A stretch of 64,000 bases of DNA. Origin: an uncultured virus (IMG/VR IMGVR_UViG_3300042358_000030). Taxonomy: Duplodnaviria > Heunggongvirae > Uroviricota > Caudoviricetes. Location of the stretch: positions 1 to 64,000 of IMG/VR virus record IMGVR_UViG_3300042358_000030; one strand, given 5' to 3'. The notes beneath the pieces are model-generated. The model saw only the letters and a list, made by a program, of their open reading frames with translations. It was not told the origin of the DNA and did not search any database. This document shows positions 30,401-39,349 of this stretch, piece by piece. The translations under genes were made by a program, and so were the position numbers. Position 1 is the stretch's first letter; every line of letters begins with the position of its first letter.

Positions 30401-31388
30401 CCCCAATAACATCGCCTAAACAAAAATAATTATTATTATAATTTTGAGATTGACATATTTTGTTAAAATGACCACCACTAACTGTTGAACAATTACCGTT
30501 TGATAAATTACTATTTCCACCACCAATTGTTGAGTAACATCCTGAACTTGTATTAAAACCACCCCCTCCAATTGTGGAACCACAATTTGTAGAACAGTTG
30601 TTACTCCCTCCTCCAATTGTAGATGTACCGGAAAGACTAAAATTACTAGCACCTCCGGCAATTGTACTATAATTACCTAATGACTGATTACTCATCCCAC
30701 CTGCGACTGTAGAACCAATACCGTACGCTTTATTACTAATTAATGAATATGAACCTCCCCCTCCTCCAATTGTAGAAAATTGACCACAAGCAATATTATA
30801 TTGCCCCCCACCAACTGTTGATGATATACTACTCGCTGTGTTAACACTACCACCACCAATTGTTGAATAAAAACCGGAAGAAGTGTTAGATTGACCACCA
30901 CTAACTACTGATGCTTTACCGGAAGCGGTGTTATATGAGCCTCCCCCAACTGTTGAACGACAATAAGAAGAAAAATTACCACTACCACCCCCAATTGTTG
31001 ATGTATTACCAGAGGCAATGTTACATTTACCACCACCAATTGTTGAAATATAATCAGAAGAGGTATTGTATTTACCGCCACCAATAAATGAGTTGTAACC
31101 TGATGATATATTACAAAATCCCCCAACTACGGTTGAAAAGTATGTTGTCCCTGAATTATTTTGTCCACCTAAAACAGCTGAATAATTGCCTGATGCAATA
31201 TTCCCTACTGATTTTCTAACTGACGAATTAATTCCGGTTCCTGTTATGATTACGGCATTATCTAATGAACCAATCGTAGCTTTAAAGGATGAACCTTGAG
31301 GGCTATCTGTCGTATCACCTGTTAATACAATGTGAACTAATGCGTCTGGTGATATGTAAGGTGGAAAATTTCTATCTGTTAATCTCAT
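27498..31388 (-). CDS. Long Gly-rich repeat tail fibre / beta-roll adhesin-like protein
   Basis: Dozens of about 14-aa S(T/F)IGGGxxNxxxG repeats with non-repetitive N- and C-terminal domains. Confidence 0.7.
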   Translation of the reverse strand: MRLTDRNFPPYISPDALVHIVLTGDTTDSPQGSSFKATIGSLDNAVIITGTGINSSVRKSVGNIASGNYSAVLGGQNNSGTTYFSTVVGGFCNISSGYNSFIGGGKYNTSSDYISTIGGGKCNIASGNTSTIGGGSGNFSSYCRSTVGGGSYNTASGKASVVSGGQSNTSSGFYSTIGGGSVNTASSISSTVGGGQYNIACGQFSTIGGGGGSYSLISNKAYGIGSTVAGGMSNQSLGNYSTIAGGASNFSLSGTSTIGGGSNNCSTNCGSTIGGGGFNTSSGCYSTIGGGNSNLSNGNCSTVSGGHFNKICQSQNYNNNYFCLGDVIGGGNCNTINTNTYVGYTCTGGNTIGGGYTNIITPYLNFNTIGGGQKNKSYGNSSTIAGGQENITSFGCSTIGGGILNVATGNTSTIAGGCGNQAINSFSTIGGGTNNISCFQSFVGGGRCNKSLGSYSTISGGQNNCNVLSHSVIGGGFNNKITCTYSTIAGGRNNCVCGTDSSIVGGSGNSINSNVLNPFRSVIAGGVNNKLCQSYGFIGGGRGNQISGTTGIGEDSVIVGGFYNKTYGVRAAILGGALNCLGSNTYGSGLVSGNNNRISVPFGIIGGGQVNVICGDHSIIGGGALNFIGNSSVTNSYYANNCSITLYGNQTSSFNVNDLLLTWDFSCSRNVVITASTYSGGYTYLDVSGSTIFVNPFTSSAPIIRNLTDSLPGFQNSFIGGGYANTVSGITGFIGGGGYNKVSGNGGVIGGGRCNISSGNQSSITGGYDNKSIGCQSSIVGGGRNCSIGHCSFIGAGSFNTTCNYHSTLTGGKCNISSGNYSFIGGGSGNTVSGGVSFIGGGQFNSVQGIKSTIGGGCNNIIFTSGSTIGGGITNTIWSPNSTITGGLSNIICAAASDSFIGGGGCNIAYSGNSTISGGFQNKTCNWVATIGGGFKNTASGGCSTIGGGYNNCSIGACSFVGGGSQHSVAGCGSSIVGGSLNIISGNCSTIGGGNGNIICSNMSTIGGGCQNTTCVRFSFIGGGYKNCIICQTAYGYSTIVGGWTNRTHGESNFIGGGQFNCIGTPALSGSSFLSVIVGGNTNGVCDTASFIGGGDGNVVFSGSSAIVGGASNISCAEHSFIGGGCANTVTGCYSSILGGAYGCAPRFGQRSFASGTWAGAGSRGASQQIDLVGRNKTTSGSAVNIFLDGASQRISVIAGTAMFVTINIGGIKSDGSAGAHYIRKVAIKNVGGATSLIGASPVSVIGTDVEDNASYDVAISADNTNDALDIQVTGAVGETLRWTVHIEGVEIVYGI

Positions 31389-31419
31389 TGGTTTTTTGTT
31401 TTATAATATAAATAGTTTG

Positions 31420-31725
31420 TTATTGGAAATCGTATATATCAAAATCCATAAATTCAAAATATTGATAATCTTGGAATTGTTTTGGTACCGGAGGTAATAA
31501 GTTACAAAGTACAACTTCAAATCTTTCACAACCATCTCCATAAATAACTTTAATACCGACAGCGGCTACACTATTAAATTGAGATGGTAATACAATAATA
31601 TTGTCAGGGGGTACAGATGTTACGATTGTGGCGATTAACGCACATTGATTTCCATAGACATCACAAGCGTAAATTGTATATGGAAAATTTGAACCTGTGA
31701 TTGACTGTATGTTAATAGCTGTCAT
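31420..31725 (-). CDS. Small virion-associated protein (paralog of 34854..35069)
   Basis: I.I.SITG..PY.IY.CD...IKVI...C pattern shared with 34854..35069. Confidence 0.6.
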   Translation of the reverse strand: MTAINIQSITGSNFPYTIYACDVYGNQCALIATIVTSVPPDNIIVLPSQFNSVAAVGIKVIYGDGCERFEVVLCNLLPPVPKQFQDYQYFEFMDFDIYDFQ

Positions 31726-31728
31726 ATC

Positions 31729-33939
31729 TTAAAAAGTATATGATGGGTTTGCGTACGTTAATGAACCATTAACCACCGTTGCGACGATATCACTGAATAT
31801 ACCACTAGGTGCTCCGTTAACTATAGGTGTTGCTAAAATTCTAAAAGACTTAAAATTATTTTGGTCGGTCAATTCAACTTTATAATTATATATGTATACA
31901 AATTGTACTTGGGTATATGATACCCCAATAGATGTGAAATTATTACAAGTTACTGCGGATAACGAAGGTATTCGAGTATAGGGAGAACTACTACCTGAAA
32001 AAGGTACTGTTGCATTAAGATAATTGTTAAGATAATATACTCCTTGAATAGTACTAGCACTGTTAGTGACAGGAGGAAACTCAACAAAATATTTTGTTAC
32101 TCCAAAAGGTACAACGTATTTAGAACCGGTGTTAGAAGTAAAATCCTCAACATTTGTTGCACCTGTTGAAGAATTATTAACTGTTGTTACAACACTATTA
32201 ATATTTAATTGACAATTTATGTCACAAGGGTCAAACGGTGCGATATCGTCAGATATTGTTGGCATTGTTATGTTTAAAGTATAATTTCCTCCGGTAGTTC
32301 CTGTTGTTACTATACTAGAATAATGTAAATAATACGTTAAAAGAGACGTTCCATCACCACAATTAGTATTTGGAGTTAAGTTTTTTGGTATAAATAATTG
32401 AAAATATCTATAATAATTTGGGTCGGCAGAATTAAATGGTGTTCCTGAATAAGGTAATGTCAAATCATAAGACGATTTATAATCAACTAAATCACTTAAA
32501 CTACTAAATTCCATTTTAATTACACCTTGTCCTGATGGTCCGGTATTTTCTTTTTTAAAAGATATTATGTTTGTGTTAGGTATAGGTGAACAAATTGGAG
32601 GAACATTTATACCAAAAAGCATACTGCAGGATGTTGCGTCCCAATCCAAACTACCTGTTGTTCTATTTCTTAATCCCGTGATATCATCTGTATATGTATT
32701 AGTATTAAAACTTGTTGTTGAGAGTGGATTTGCGTCTGTTTTTTGATATTTGTAAATATCGCTATTTATTATTGAACTTTCGGTACATCCGGATACATCA
32801 AATTTGACCTCAATTGAAGAACACGAACCCGTAATACCTGTAATAGATGATGATTTTATTTTATATGGTGTATTTAAATAATCATATAAACATAAATCAC
32901 AATCAAAACTATTCATACAAGTAAAATAAAAATCCCAATTTGTTTGTGAGTTAAATTGGTTTGGAATTACTTCTAAAATTAGATAATCGCCAACATTTCT
33001 TGATAATGAGGTTAATGAGGTTACTTTTGAAAAATAATCTGTGGTGCTAGCGGATTTTGGAAATGTCAAATACTCCGCATTGGAAATTGAAATGTTTCCC
33101 CCAATTTCCCAATATTCTAAAATAATTGGGTCGGAATAATCTGAACCATAGAATGTTATTTTAAGAAAATCCGGAATTGCATCCCCTTTAAATTTCCACG
33201 AAAAATAATTAGTTGTAATGTCTAAATCAAAAGTTGATTGTAATGTTAATGGAGTGGTACCTGCGGCTGCTGCAGAAAAATTAACCCTATGAGTATAATC
33301 GTTCGGTAACGGTACTGTTCCATTATCACAAGTAAAAGGTTGGACATTAACTGTTGTCGCGTTAAAACATTCTAATTCTGCTTGAATATAACCTGTTCCA
33401 CCTGTTTGAGAATAATTAAGACCATTTAGTTTTACCTTATCAATAACTGGAATATATGTTCCGGCTTCAACCATTGGTGAGTTAATTCCTACTAATGGAT
33501 GTGTTAAATTGTATGGTACAAAGGAGCTTCCATAACCTGATGTAAATGCAAGATTAGTTGACGAATTTGGACCATACCAAAATATTCTATAATCGGTGAT
33601 GTCATTTTCACAACTACCTGTTAATTCTCCGGCAACAATTATCCCAACATTATTAGTTTGATATGAATCAAATGATAAATCGCAAGTTGTACATAAATCA
33701 TTAGATAGTAATTCAATAGTTGCACAACATGTGGTTGTGATATCAATAATTCTAATTGTATTAGTCCCATTAGGTACATTACCCATAACATATGGGCATA
33801 ACGGACCAAATAAACTAGTATAACTTACGTTAGTTTGGAAAGGAGTGGTATATCCATCAACATTTGAATATATGTTAAATGTCCCTCCTAAAGCGACAGT
33901 TCCTGAATTTGTTAAACAAGTTGATGCTGAAAATGGCAT
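31729..33939 (-). CDS. Putative virion structural protein (Thr/Ser/Cys-rich)
   Basis: 736 aa ORF in the minus-strand structural block. Confidence 0.55.
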   Translation of the reverse strand: MPFSASTCLTNSGTVALGGTFNIYSNVDGYTTPFQTNVSYTSLFGPLCPYVMGNVPNGTNTIRIIDITTTCCATIELLSNDLCTTCDLSFDSYQTNNVGIIVAGELTGSCENDITDYRIFWYGPNSSTNLAFTSGYGSSFVPYNLTHPLVGINSPMVEAGTYIPVIDKVKLNGLNYSQTGGTGYIQAELECFNATTVNVQPFTCDNGTVPLPNDYTHRVNFSAAAAGTTPLTLQSTFDLDITTNYFSWKFKGDAIPDFLKITFYGSDYSDPIILEYWEIGGNISISNAEYLTFPKSASTTDYFSKVTSLTSLSRNVGDYLILEVIPNQFNSQTNWDFYFTCMNSFDCDLCLYDYLNTPYKIKSSSITGITGSCSSIEVKFDVSGCTESSIINSDIYKYQKTDANPLSTTSFNTNTYTDDITGLRNRTTGSLDWDATSCSMLFGINVPPICSPIPNTNIISFKKENTGPSGQGVIKMEFSSLSDLVDYKSSYDLTLPYSGTPFNSADPNYYRYFQLFIPKNLTPNTNCGDGTSLLTYYLHYSSIVTTGTTGGNYTLNITMPTISDDIAPFDPCDINCQLNINSVVTTVNNSSTGATNVEDFTSNTGSKYVVPFGVTKYFVEFPPVTNSASTIQGVYYLNNYLNATVPFSGSSSPYTRIPSLSAVTCNNFTSIGVSYTQVQFVYIYNYKVELTDQNNFKSFRILATPIVNGAPSGIFSDIVATVVNGSLTYANPSYTF

Positions 33940-33949
33940 ATTTTAATTT

Positions 33950-34852
33950 TTAAGTTTTATTATATAAGTAACCTTCCATTCCACAGTCAGTACATTCTGA
34001 TGGGAGTATGGTTTCTGTTGGTGTCGGTGTTGGTGTTGGTGTAGGGACTATTGATTGAGAACATAATATACAATCACCATCATCTAAAAATCCGTATGGT
34101 CCTAATAATAGTGTAATATCGTCTTTACCAATAGTGTTATTATTAACTCCAATATATCCAACACACATAACAATTCCATTAACATTGGCTTGATAAACGT
34201 GAAACTTTTCAATTGGAATATTACCTGGAGTTACAATTTGATTTGTTGTGTAATACATCATACCATTATAACAACTTTGGAATTGATAACTATACGGACA
34301 TACAATACTATCATCTATTGTGTTGAAAGTTACCGCTCCCTCAAAAGTACAAGTACGAGCAACAGGTGGAGTAGGTGTAGGTGTTAATGTTGGTGTTGGT
34401 GTGGGAGTATTTGGGATATTTTGAATTGTTGCACTTATAACAACATTACATGGGTTGGTAGGGGTTGGAGTTGGCGTTGAGGTTGGAGTGGATGTGGGTG
34501 TAGGTGTGGGAGTTGGTGTGTCAACATCACAATCAAAAATTGCTGAAAAATTTAAACTAGAACAATATGCTGTTGGGGTTGGGGTCGGAGTGGGACATGT
34601 TCCGCTAGAGAAATAAACATCGTCTAAATCCGGACATGGGTTAAAACAAGGTGATTGACCTGATAATAAACAAACTCCATCTAAAACGGTTGATAAACAC
34701 CATTGGGTTGACCCGGTATTATAATAGATAAATAAACTATTAGTTTGACCGGTCCAATATAGTTGAGAATTATGTGTTCCGGCACTAAAGTATACATCGT
34801 CGAATGTTGGGTAACCAGTGTTTGAAAGGCAATATGTAGAACTACAAGGCAT
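33950..34852 (-). CDS. Cys-rich virion protein with four PT tracts
   Basis: Four separate (PT)n runs separating Cys-rich segments. Confidence 0.6.
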   Translation of the reverse strand: MPCSSTYCLSNTGYPTFDDVYFSAGTHNSQLYWTGQTNSLFIYYNTGSTQWCLSTVLDGVCLLSGQSPCFNPCPDLDDVYFSSGTCPTPTPTPTAYCSSLNFSAIFDCDVDTPTPTPTPTSTPTSTPTPTPTNPCNVVISATIQNIPNTPTPTPTLTPTPTPPVARTCTFEGAVTFNTIDDSIVCPYSYQFQSCYNGMMYYTTNQIVTPGNIPIEKFHVYQANVNGIVMCVGYIGVNNNTIGKDDITLLLGPYGFLDDGDCILCSQSIVPTPTPTPTPTETILPSECTDCGMEGYLYNKT

Positions 34853-34853
34853 A

Positions 34854-35069
34854 TTATAATGTTAAATTTAAAATTGATTCACAATTATTATTATCTATAA
34901 CTTTTATATTAAATGATGTCAACGTACTCCAAATAGGAGGTATAACCACATTATATGGAAACGTTGAAATTGTGTCTATATATATTGATAAAGTAATAGG
35001 GTTATCACATAGATACACTTTAAAAGGAGATACTCCGGTAATATTACTTATAGTTATTTGTGTGCTCAT
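34854..35069 (-). CDS. Small virion-associated protein, first gene of the minus-strand block
   Basis: 71 aa; TATTTAT motif upstream on the minus strand (35087-35093). Confidence 0.6.
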   Translation of the reverse strand: MSTQITISNITGVSPFKVYLCDNPITLSIYIDTISTFPYNVVIPPIWSTLTSFNIKVIDNNNCESILNLTL

Positions 35070-35118
35070 TTCTCTAGGTTATCTCAATAAATATAATAGG
35101 AATGAAAAACTTGTGAAG

Positions 35119-35150
35119 ATTGACTGTTATATTATTTTTTCTTATCTTTG
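35119..35150 (+). promoter_or_regulatory. Bacteroidota-type housekeeping promoter (-33 TTG, -7 TATCTTTG)
   Basis: TATCTTTG at 35143-35150 matches TAnnTTTG, just upstream of the ATG at 35155. Confidence 0.65.
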
Positions 35151-35154
35151 CTAT

Positions 35155-36054
35155 ATGTCAGATGATGCCGAAATTTTACTAGAAATACTACACGATATAT
35201 TGGGAGATGAAAAACTTCACTATGAATCAAAAGGTCAAATATCTTTTGATTGTCCAATATGCGATGAAGAACAACACAAAGGAAACCTTGAGGTAAACTA
35301 CTTTGAACACGTTTACAAGTGTTGGAGTTGTGGTGATGAGAATAACACCAAAGGACCTTTGGGAAAACTTATAGATAATTTTGGTAATAAGAAACAGAAA
35401 AAAATATATAACCTACTTCAACCTGAACAACATAAACCAAAAGAGAAACGAAAAGATATATTAAAACTGCCAGATGGGTTTACCCTATTCAAGGACAGCA
35501 GTTTAGTTTACCCTGTTCGTCGTCAAGCTTATAATTATTTAACTCAACGTGGGATTACTGATAATATTATTGAAAAATATGGTATTGGGTTCTGTGATAA
35601 AGGAGCGTTTTCGGGAAGGATAATAATCCCATCTTACGATAGTAAAAATAAATTAAATTATTTCATAGCCCGAAGTTGGGACCCAAATAGTCGTGCCAAA
35701 TATAAAAACCCCGAAGCTTCAAAGGATGAAATAATATTCTTTGAAAGTACAATCAATTGGAATGAGGACATTCATCTTTGTGAGGGAGCGTTTGATGCAA
35801 TCTTCCTACCTAATAGTATTTCTATGTTGGGAAAACATATGTCAGAGTTATTACTTAATACATTATACGAGAAAGCAAATGGGAATATAATTATTTGTTT
35901 GGATAGTGATGCTTGGAACGATGGTGTAAAACTATTCCACAACTTAAATGGTGGGAGATTATATGGTAAGGTTAAAATAATAAAATTAACGGGTGATGCC
36001 GATGTTGCCGATTTAAGGGGTGATATCAGTGATTACTTTTATACAATGAAATAA
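35155..36054 (+). CDS. DNA primase (Zn finger plus TOPRIM)
   Basis: CPIC...CWSC zinc finger; CEGAFDA and CLDSDA TOPRIM motifs; start moved from 34972 to the ATG at 35155. Confidence 0.85.
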   Translation: MSDDAEILLEILHDILGDEKLHYESKGQISFDCPICDEEQHKGNLEVNYFEHVYKCWSCGDENNTKGPLGKLIDNFGNKKQKKIYNLLQPEQHKPKEKRKDILKLPDGFTLFKDSSLVYPVRRQAYNYLTQRGITDNIIEKYGIGFCDKGAFSGRIIIPSYDSKNKLNYFIARSWDPNSRAKYKNPEASKDEIIFFESTINWNEDIHLCEGAFDAIFLPNSISMLGKHMSELLLNTLYEKANGNIIICLDSDAWNDGVKLFHNLNGGRLYGKVKIIKLTGDADVADLRGDISDYFYTMK

Positions 36055-36918
36055 ATGAATAAATTAAAAAATGTTGCAACTGAAATATTAGATATTTTAG
36101 AAAAAAGACGACAAGAACTTGAACTTACATTTGTGGAGGACACACATACCTACACGATGAAAAACGCCAAAGGTGAATTAAAAAGTGATTGGCCTTCGGT
36201 GAGTAAAGTGATGAAATTATTTTACACAGAATTTGATTCTGAAGGGATATCATTAAAAAAGGCAAATGGTGACCCCGATGTTCAACAACAATTATTAGAT
36301 GAATGGAAAGCCGCGGCAGACTATTCAATAAATGTGGGAAGTAGAACTCACTTTTTATTGGAGAAAAAATCTTTAGAGATGTTTGAGTTGGATAAGGAGG
36401 TTAGACAACCTGAATTTGAGTGTAATTTTGAGCAGATATTACGTAGTGATTCTATGGTATCTGCCGGAACTAACTTTTTAGAAACTATGAAAGAGCGTGG
36501 TGCGTTGTTATTAGATACCGAGTTAATTCTTGGTGATGATGAGTATGGTTATACCGGAGCTCCGGATAAAATGTGGTTAATTGAGAATAAAGATAAAACT
36601 GAGATTGGCATAATATGTACTGATTATAAAACTAATAAACCAAAAAACTTTGAGGCGAGTTATTTTACCAAAAAAATGAAATATCCTTTTGAAAAGTTAG
36701 ACGATACCGCTCTTGGACATTATTCAACACAATTACCATTTTATTGTAAGCTATTATTAAAGATGTTGAAAGGGTCTAAATACGAAAACATTAAAGTATA
36801 TGGATGTATTATTGTTCTTGTTAAAGATAATGGAACATTTGAAGAATTTAGAATACCAAAGACAGTTCAAGACACTATCTTGGAAATGGATATGTCAAAG
36901 TATTTGACAAAGAAATAA
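36055..36918 (+). CDS. PD-(D/E)xK exonuclease
   Basis: PSVS, GSRTH, TE, GAPDK, DYKT, and YSTQLPFY motifs. Confidence 0.75.
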   Translation: MNKLKNVATEILDILEKRRQELELTFVEDTHTYTMKNAKGELKSDWPSVSKVMKLFYTEFDSEGISLKKANGDPDVQQQLLDEWKAAADYSINVGSRTHFLLEKKSLEMFELDKEVRQPEFECNFEQILRSDSMVSAGTNFLETMKERGALLLDTELILGDDEYGYTGAPDKMWLIENKDKTEIGIICTDYKTNKPKNFEASYFTKKMKYPFEKLDDTALGHYSTQLPFYCKLLLKMLKGSKYENIKVYGCIIVLVKDNGTFEEFRIPKTVQDTILEMDMSKYLTKK

Positions 36919-36946
36919 AAATAAACTAAATTTATAAAAAAAGAAT

Positions 36947-37162
36947 ATGGACGATTTATTACAACCAAAGATTGATTTAAAGAAACAACCTACATTAGTA
37001 TGTGAGCAGTGCGATAGTATCTATTTCAAAGAAGTTACGATGATAAAAAAAGTTAACAAGTTGTTAACGGGAAGTCAAGAAGACACTATTGTACCTTTTC
37101 CGACTTACAGATGTGATGATTGTAGTCACGTAAATGAGGAATTTAAATTATTTGATAAGTAA
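36947..37162 (+). CDS. Zinc-ribbon protein
   Basis: CEQC...CDDC. Confidence 0.6.
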   Translation: MDDLLQPKIDLKKQPTLVCEQCDSIYFKEVTMIKKVNKLLTGSQEDTIVPFPTYRCDDCSHVNEEFKLFDK

Positions 37163-37383
37163 TGATTACTGAAAGAACTTTTGATACAAATGATTTAAAT
37201 TGGATTGCCAACTCATTAAAAGAAAATGTTGGGAGAATGAACTATACCGGTGACTTGAGTGACTGTGGTAATGAGATTGGAATTATAGTTGGATATAAAT
37301 ATAAGAATATGACTGAAGATGAAACTCAAGATTTTATTTCAGGTATTAAACACGGAATTTCATTAACAAATGGGACTCACTAA
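37162..37383 (+). CDS. Hypothetical protein
   Basis: 73 aa ORF coupled to its neighbours. Confidence 0.5.
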   Translation: MITERTFDTNDLNWIANSLKENVGRMNYTGDLSDCGNEIGIIVGYKYKNMTEDETQDFISGIKHGISLTNGTH

Positions 37384-37393
37384 TAAAAAAAAT

Positions 37394-38182
37394 ATGATTA
37401 AAAAAATAGTCCACTTCAGTGACTTACATATAAGATTATTCAAAGACCACGACCTTTATAGGTTAATTTTGAATGATATGTTGGAACAATTTAGAGATAT
37501 TAAACCTTGTAGAATCGTGTTTTCGGGAGACCTAGTTCATTCCAAGAACCAAATGACACCTGAACTTATTGAGTTCGTTGCTTGGATTCTTACGGAGTGT
37601 TCTCAGATTGCCAAAACTATTGTTATAATTGGAAACCATGATTTTTTGGAGAGTAATTCATCAAGATTGGACGCTCTTACACCGGTAATTGATTCGTTAA
37701 AGGACGACAACATCGTTTATTTGAAGAATAGAGGTGAATACGAGGATGATAATGTTGATTGGGTGGTGTATTCATTACTTGACCATAACATTCCGCCTGA
37801 GATTGAAAAAACGGGTAGATTAAAGATTGGATTGTTCCACGGACCAGTTCAGGGATTAACAACCGATATCGGATATAAGTTTGAAACCGGATTTGAAACT
37901 GATAAGTTTGATGGTTGTGACTTGGTATTATGTGGTGATATTCACAAAAGACAAATCTTTAACATTCCGGGAGGAAAGAAAGCATATATGGTGGGTTCAA
38001 CAATCCAACAGAACTATGGGGAGACAATAACCAAACACGGATTTGGAATTTACAATTTAGAATCTGATGAATATTCATTTGTTGATTTAGATAATCCAAA
38101 ACCTTTCTTATCATTTAAGATGAAATCATTTGATGATATAATTAATGGAACTGAAAAATTAATTAATTATGGGAAATCTTAG
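37394..38182 (+). CDS. Mre11/SbcD-like metallophosphoesterase nuclease (T4 gp47-like)
   Basis: SDLH, GDLVH, GNHD, FHG, and GDIHK motifs; ATG at 37394 likely start (alternative 37370). Confidence 0.85.
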   Translation: MIKKIVHFSDLHIRLFKDHDLYRLILNDMLEQFRDIKPCRIVFSGDLVHSKNQMTPELIEFVAWILTECSQIAKTIVIIGNHDFLESNSSRLDALTPVIDSLKDDNIVYLKNRGEYEDDNVDWVVYSLLDHNIPPEIEKTGRLKIGLFHGPVQGLTTDIGYKFETGFETDKFDGCDLVLCGDIHKRQIFNIPGGKKAYMVGSTIQQNYGETITKHGFGIYNLESDEYSFVDLDNPKPFLSFKMKSFDDIINGTEKLINYGKS

Positions 38183-38426
38183 TGACAAATACACCAACGA
38201 AGAGTGGGATGAAATGGAGAATCAGATTAAAAGAGATAGATTATTGGGAAAACCGCAACACGGACATATTACGGTTTGGGTGGATAAATTGACTATTAAA
38301 CAATTAAAAAAACTTAAAAAGAAGTTAAAGAAATGTGGTATTGATAGTCACGATTGTTCCAAAGTTGACCAATGGATAACGTATAATGAAAACAAAGAAC
38401 GTGTCACAAATAAAACTAACGGCTAG
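38169..38426 (+). CDS. Hypothetical protein
   Basis: 85 aa ORF overlapping its neighbours. Confidence 0.45.
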   Translation: MGNLSDKYTNEEWDEMENQIKRDRLLGKPQHGHITVWVDKLTIKQLKKLKKKLKKCGIDSHDCSKVDQWITYNENKERVTNKTNG

Positions 38427-38994
38427 TCAATTAAGTAGCGTCAACGAGTATTGTAAATTAAATAATATTGAGGATGTGGACAAGTTCATAACCAAATGTT
38501 ATACCGAAGGGTTTAACATTACGAAATATGGGTTACTTGGTGATGATTTGGGAAAAACGGGTATTGTTGGTGAAAAACAGGTAGAAATTGAAGTAATCCG
38601 TGAAATACGGGTTGAAGTTCCGGTTGAAGTTATCAAAGAGATTGAGGTAATTAAAGAAATAATCCGAGAAGTTGAGGTTATTAAATATGTTGATAAAGAA
38701 GTTATCAAAGAAGTGAGGGTGGAAATCCCTGTCACAAATTTAGACAACATTTGTGACAAACCTGAACCAATAATTATTGAGAGAATAATTGAAGTCGAGA
38801 AGATTGTTGAGATAGAAAAATCAAATGATAAGACATTACTTCTTCAAGAAACTTTACAGAAACTTAGAAAAGAACTATCTTTAAAGAACACAAGGATTGA
38901 AGACCTTGAAAAAATAAATAAACAATTGGAATCTGTTAAAGTTAGTCAAGGGGCTATTTTTATGAAAGGTTCTAACTTAAACGAAATGATGTAA
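38386..38994 (+). CDS. Hypothetical protein with EVI(K/R)E repeats and a coiled coil
   Basis: EVIREIRVEVPVEVIKEIEVIKE repeats. Confidence 0.55.
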   Translation: MKTKNVSQIKLTASQLSSVNEYCKLNNIEDVDKFITKCYTEGFNITKYGLLGDDLGKTGIVGEKQVEIEVIREIRVEVPVEVIKEIEVIKEIIREVEVIKYVDKEVIKEVRVEIPVTNLDNICDKPEPIIIERIIEVEKIVEIEKSNDKTLLLQETLQKLRKELSLKNTRIEDLEKINKQLESVKVSQGAIFMKGSNLNEMM

Positions 38995-38995
38995 T

Positions 38996-39346
38996 ATGAT
39001 TAACATTTTAACTTGGTTCATCTTAAGCTACGGGCTTATGAATATTATGGTTTACGGGTCAATCTTTCAGGGATTCAGAGATTTCTTCCAAAAATGGGGA
39101 AATAATAAATTATTACCATTTAATGGTATTGCTAACTTTATCTCGGGTATAATAACTTGTCCGATGTGTTTTAGTTTTCACGGAGGTTGGTTTTTATCAT
39201 TAACCGTATTTTCACCAACATTTGTATTGTTTGGTACACCAATATGGATTAGTTGGTTCTTTGATGGAATTCTATCATCTGGAGCGGTATGGGCAATCAA
39301 TGCAATAATTGAATGGTTTGAAGAAAATAAACCATCAAAAAATTAA
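38996..39346 (+). CDS. Membrane protein, DUF1360-like
   Basis: Hydrophobic helices around ITCPMCFSF. Confidence 0.55.
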   Translation: MINILTWFILSYGLMNIMVYGSIFQGFRDFFQKWGNNKLLPFNGIANFISGIITCPMCFSFHGGWFLSLTVFSPTFVLFGTPIWISWFFDGILSSGAVWAINAIIEWFEENKPSKN

Positions 39347-39349
39347 AAT

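Noticed and set aside
27872..31126. Several short ORFs in other frames or strand inside the Gly-repeat fibre
   Set aside because: Produced by repetitive, stop-poor codons; no independent signals
27900..31200. Periodic accaccaccaattgttga repeats resembling a CRISPR array
   Set aside because: The repeats are degenerate, in frame and encode STIGGG; no constant repeat with unique spacers and no cas genes
16793..34852. Diversity-generating retroelement acting on fibre genes
   Set aside because: No reverse transcriptase and no TR/VR pair with adenine-specific mismatches noticed in this window
34972..35154. N-terminal extension of the primase ORF in the track
   Set aside because: Overlaps a minus-strand gene and divergent promoters; the ATG at 35155 follows a TAnnTTTG promoter
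36055..36918. Possible Cas4
   Set aside because: No four-Cys Fe-S pattern or CRISPR context; fits a generic PD-(D/E)xK phage exonuclease
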